From Eledone cirrhosa (Eukaryota): DNA of 64,000 nucleotides. Positions 61,714 to 64,000 of this stretch are shown piece by piece. A program made the translations under genes and the position numbers. Location: assembly GCA_964016885.1 (NCBI GenBank), contig OZ024745.1:26474001-26538000 (forward strand), given 5' to 3'. The notes beneath the pieces are model-generated. The model was not told where the DNA came from. It saw only the letters and a program-made list of their open reading frames with translations, and ran no database searches. The number at the start of each line of letters is the position of its first letter. Position 1 is the stretch's first letter.

Positions 61714-61812
61714 TATATATATATGTGTGTGTGTGTACATATACACTTATATATGTACGCAACCTTTATCGAGTCCTCTCTGGATCTAGTTTTTTTTTTT
61801 TTTTTGTATTTA

Positions 61813-61848
<36 letters not shown>

Positions 61849-62572
61849 AGTGTGTATGTGTGCATGTATCCAGTGAGAAAAGAGAGGGCTAGCTAGACGC
61901 TTAGATAGTGAGATAGAGAATTATATTCATATTTAAAAGTTACGTGTACTTTGCCCAGTCAAATCAGAATATTTCATTCATTACCAGTTTGAATTAGGTA
62001 TGAATGGATCTCAATGTACACGAAGATTTCAAAGTTAAAATAGCCATTTGTGGATGAACACTAACCCTCTTCATAACGTCTAAAATACTAGTTTGACCTT
62101 GAAATACTGAATAGAGTAGAAACGAAGCGTTCAAAATAGACAATACCTGTCTACATTTTACTATAACTTAACAGAAGAGTTTATTGTCCCCTCCACTTTT
62201 GTTCATCCATCTGATAGGTTACGTAGACATTAGTAACAACACAGATTTTATGTGCGAAATTTTTAACAGTTTTCCAAATAACACGGAAGTTGTAGTACAA
62301 TTATACGCAGACAAATATAGATAAGAGCCATATTATAGATAAATGCAACAAAACTTACGTTTACTTATAGGCCGATTTACTACACTTGTTCTCTCGCCTT
62401 CTCTCTCCCTTTCTTTCTGTCTCTATTCGTTATATTAAAGCAAATCTTCTAAGCAAATTCATTACCATTGACCACACGCCTGTGACTTAATCGTCGTTAT
62501 TTTAACGTGACCTGCTTCTGTTTTCCATTTCTTCATTTAACATACTTCTGAGTCTATCTTCATCCCCCTCTT

Positions 62573-62611
<39 letters not shown>

Positions 62612-63195
62612 CTATCTCACTCTTTCGAAAGGAAAGGAAAAATTTAAGGATTTTAGATTACATTGAAAAGATTCCAAAAACCAAAACGTATATTGGTCGT
62701 TAAGACGCTTAATACTTTTAATAAATTTATTCACCCTGCCTTGTTTGTATCTTGTTTCAACACAGTTTCTTTAAAAAAAATCAAAATACGAAATAGCCTA
62801 TATAGCAGTAATGTTTCTCTCGTACTTTTTCACAGAGAGGAATTGAATGGACTGACTGACAAATCAAAGCTATACATTGTCAAGCATTCAACTCCCGTCC
62901 ATACTACCGTAAATTCTTGGTATGTCAATGAATATTTCAAATACTGATTATTTGTGACTGCAGATATAAATGGAGAGAGAAAATGTATTCTGCACAAGCC
63001 CTAGAAACATAGACAAAATCGACCTCGAAATAATGAAATGAAAAGTTGTCTTTACCGGGATTCAATCTGTGTTTAATCATGCATAAATATAGAATTTGTA
63101 TATATATGAGCTCCAAATGAATTTGTTAAGAAAATTGTAAACAATGAGATCGAAATCATCATATATAGATCTCTTGTGTATATATATATATATAT

Positions 63196-63390
63196 AACGA
63201 AGGAAATGTGGTAAGGAACCAGGTGGACCATAACGCACCAAAGTACTCAATACTTAGGGTAGTAGAGTGGGTAATAGGAACGAGTAGGACCCCGACGGCT
63301 GAGCTCAAGCCGTTTCGACGGCTAATTCTGGACTCCAGAATTAGCCGTCGAAACGGCTTGAGCTCAGCCGTCGGGGTCCTACTCGTTCCC
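63196..63390 (+). mobile_element. Fold-back family F1, full copy with a perfect 56-bp palindrome
   Basis: Arms 63277-63332 and 63334-63389 with a 1-nt spacer; (TA)n on both sides. Confidence 0.9.
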
Positions 63391-64000
63391 ATATATATAT
63401 ATATATATATATATATCCGTTTCGATGTACAAAGATGAGAATAATTATTGAACGCAAGTACTTTATATTTATTCGTTGTATATATATTCAAATTATGTGT
63501 ATGTATATGTATTTACGTACGTATATATATATATATATATATATAAAGCGAAGGACATGGCATAGACACTGAGAATCACTTAAGTACAAAGATGAGGAAA
63601 GTATGGGATTGACAAGAATGAAGAAGAAAAAAAAGAAGAAGAAGAAGAAGAAGAGGTTACGTTTGAAAAGGATCGTCTTGATTTAAGTGTGTGTGAGGAA
63701 GGGCAAATCACTGAGACATTCTAAATCAGAGATCAGAAGATAATACTGTTAATGTTATAGACTCAATAGAGTGAAGTGTCAACTACCTTATACTCACCAC
63801 CTATATCTAAAATCTTAGATATAAAGTAATTCTAGGGCACATTTAAATATTTTTTCCTCTCGCATTACCTACTTTCACTCAAGCCTGCCTCTTATTTTTA
63901 TAGCAACAATTATTTGTCGCTTTGTTGTATGTTTCTCCGCCTAATTGACCCCTTTAGAATAATATTTCAACTTCATAACTTGTAATATATATATATATAT

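Noticed and set aside
63277-63389. F1 palindrome as a hammerhead ribozyme, CRISPR repeat or pre-miRNA
   Set aside because: GAAAC is present but there is no CTGANGA and no stem III/UH. Copies are dispersed rather than in a repeat-spacer array. A perfect high-copy palindrome fits a mobile fold-back better than a miRNA.

Overview
This is AT-rich eukaryotic DNA made almost entirely of repeats, with no supportable host protein-coding gene. The SINE types and huge (TA)n/(CA)n/(TACA)n/(TAA)n tracts suggest a cephalopod, probably octopus (inference). Nearly all long ORFs in the track are microsatellite artefacts. Real coding remnants are all retroelement fragments: a stack of 5'-truncated Dong/R4-clade RLE elements in (TAA)n (0.2-6.2 kb), CRE-like and RTE-like fragments (~19 kb), an RLE fragment in (TACA)n (40.2-40.7 kb), a Penelope-like element (PLE) with RT and GIY-YIG remnants (44.8-46 kb), and a decayed LINE RT (~48 kb). 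There are also many tRNA-derived SINEs, MITEs, a probable non-autonomous Helitron and one tRNA-like gene with a GGC anticodon. The most notable signal is two unrelated non-coding tandem-repeat families with ~310-bp and ~426-444-bp monomers (51.75-52.8 kb and 42.7-43.9 kb). Each carries a 43-nt minimal type I hammerhead ribozyme with a palindromic stem III and a long extended stem I, and each is laid out as a divergent inverted array inside (TA)n. The 310-bp array has two ribozymes per strand and could release a 310-nt monomer or circRNA (retrozyme-like). The same fold-back-in-(TA)n layout recurs in several other short families and in the PLE, pointing to a shared PLE-driven insertion mechanism (inference). 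All coordinates were read by eye, so repeat boundaries are approximate.
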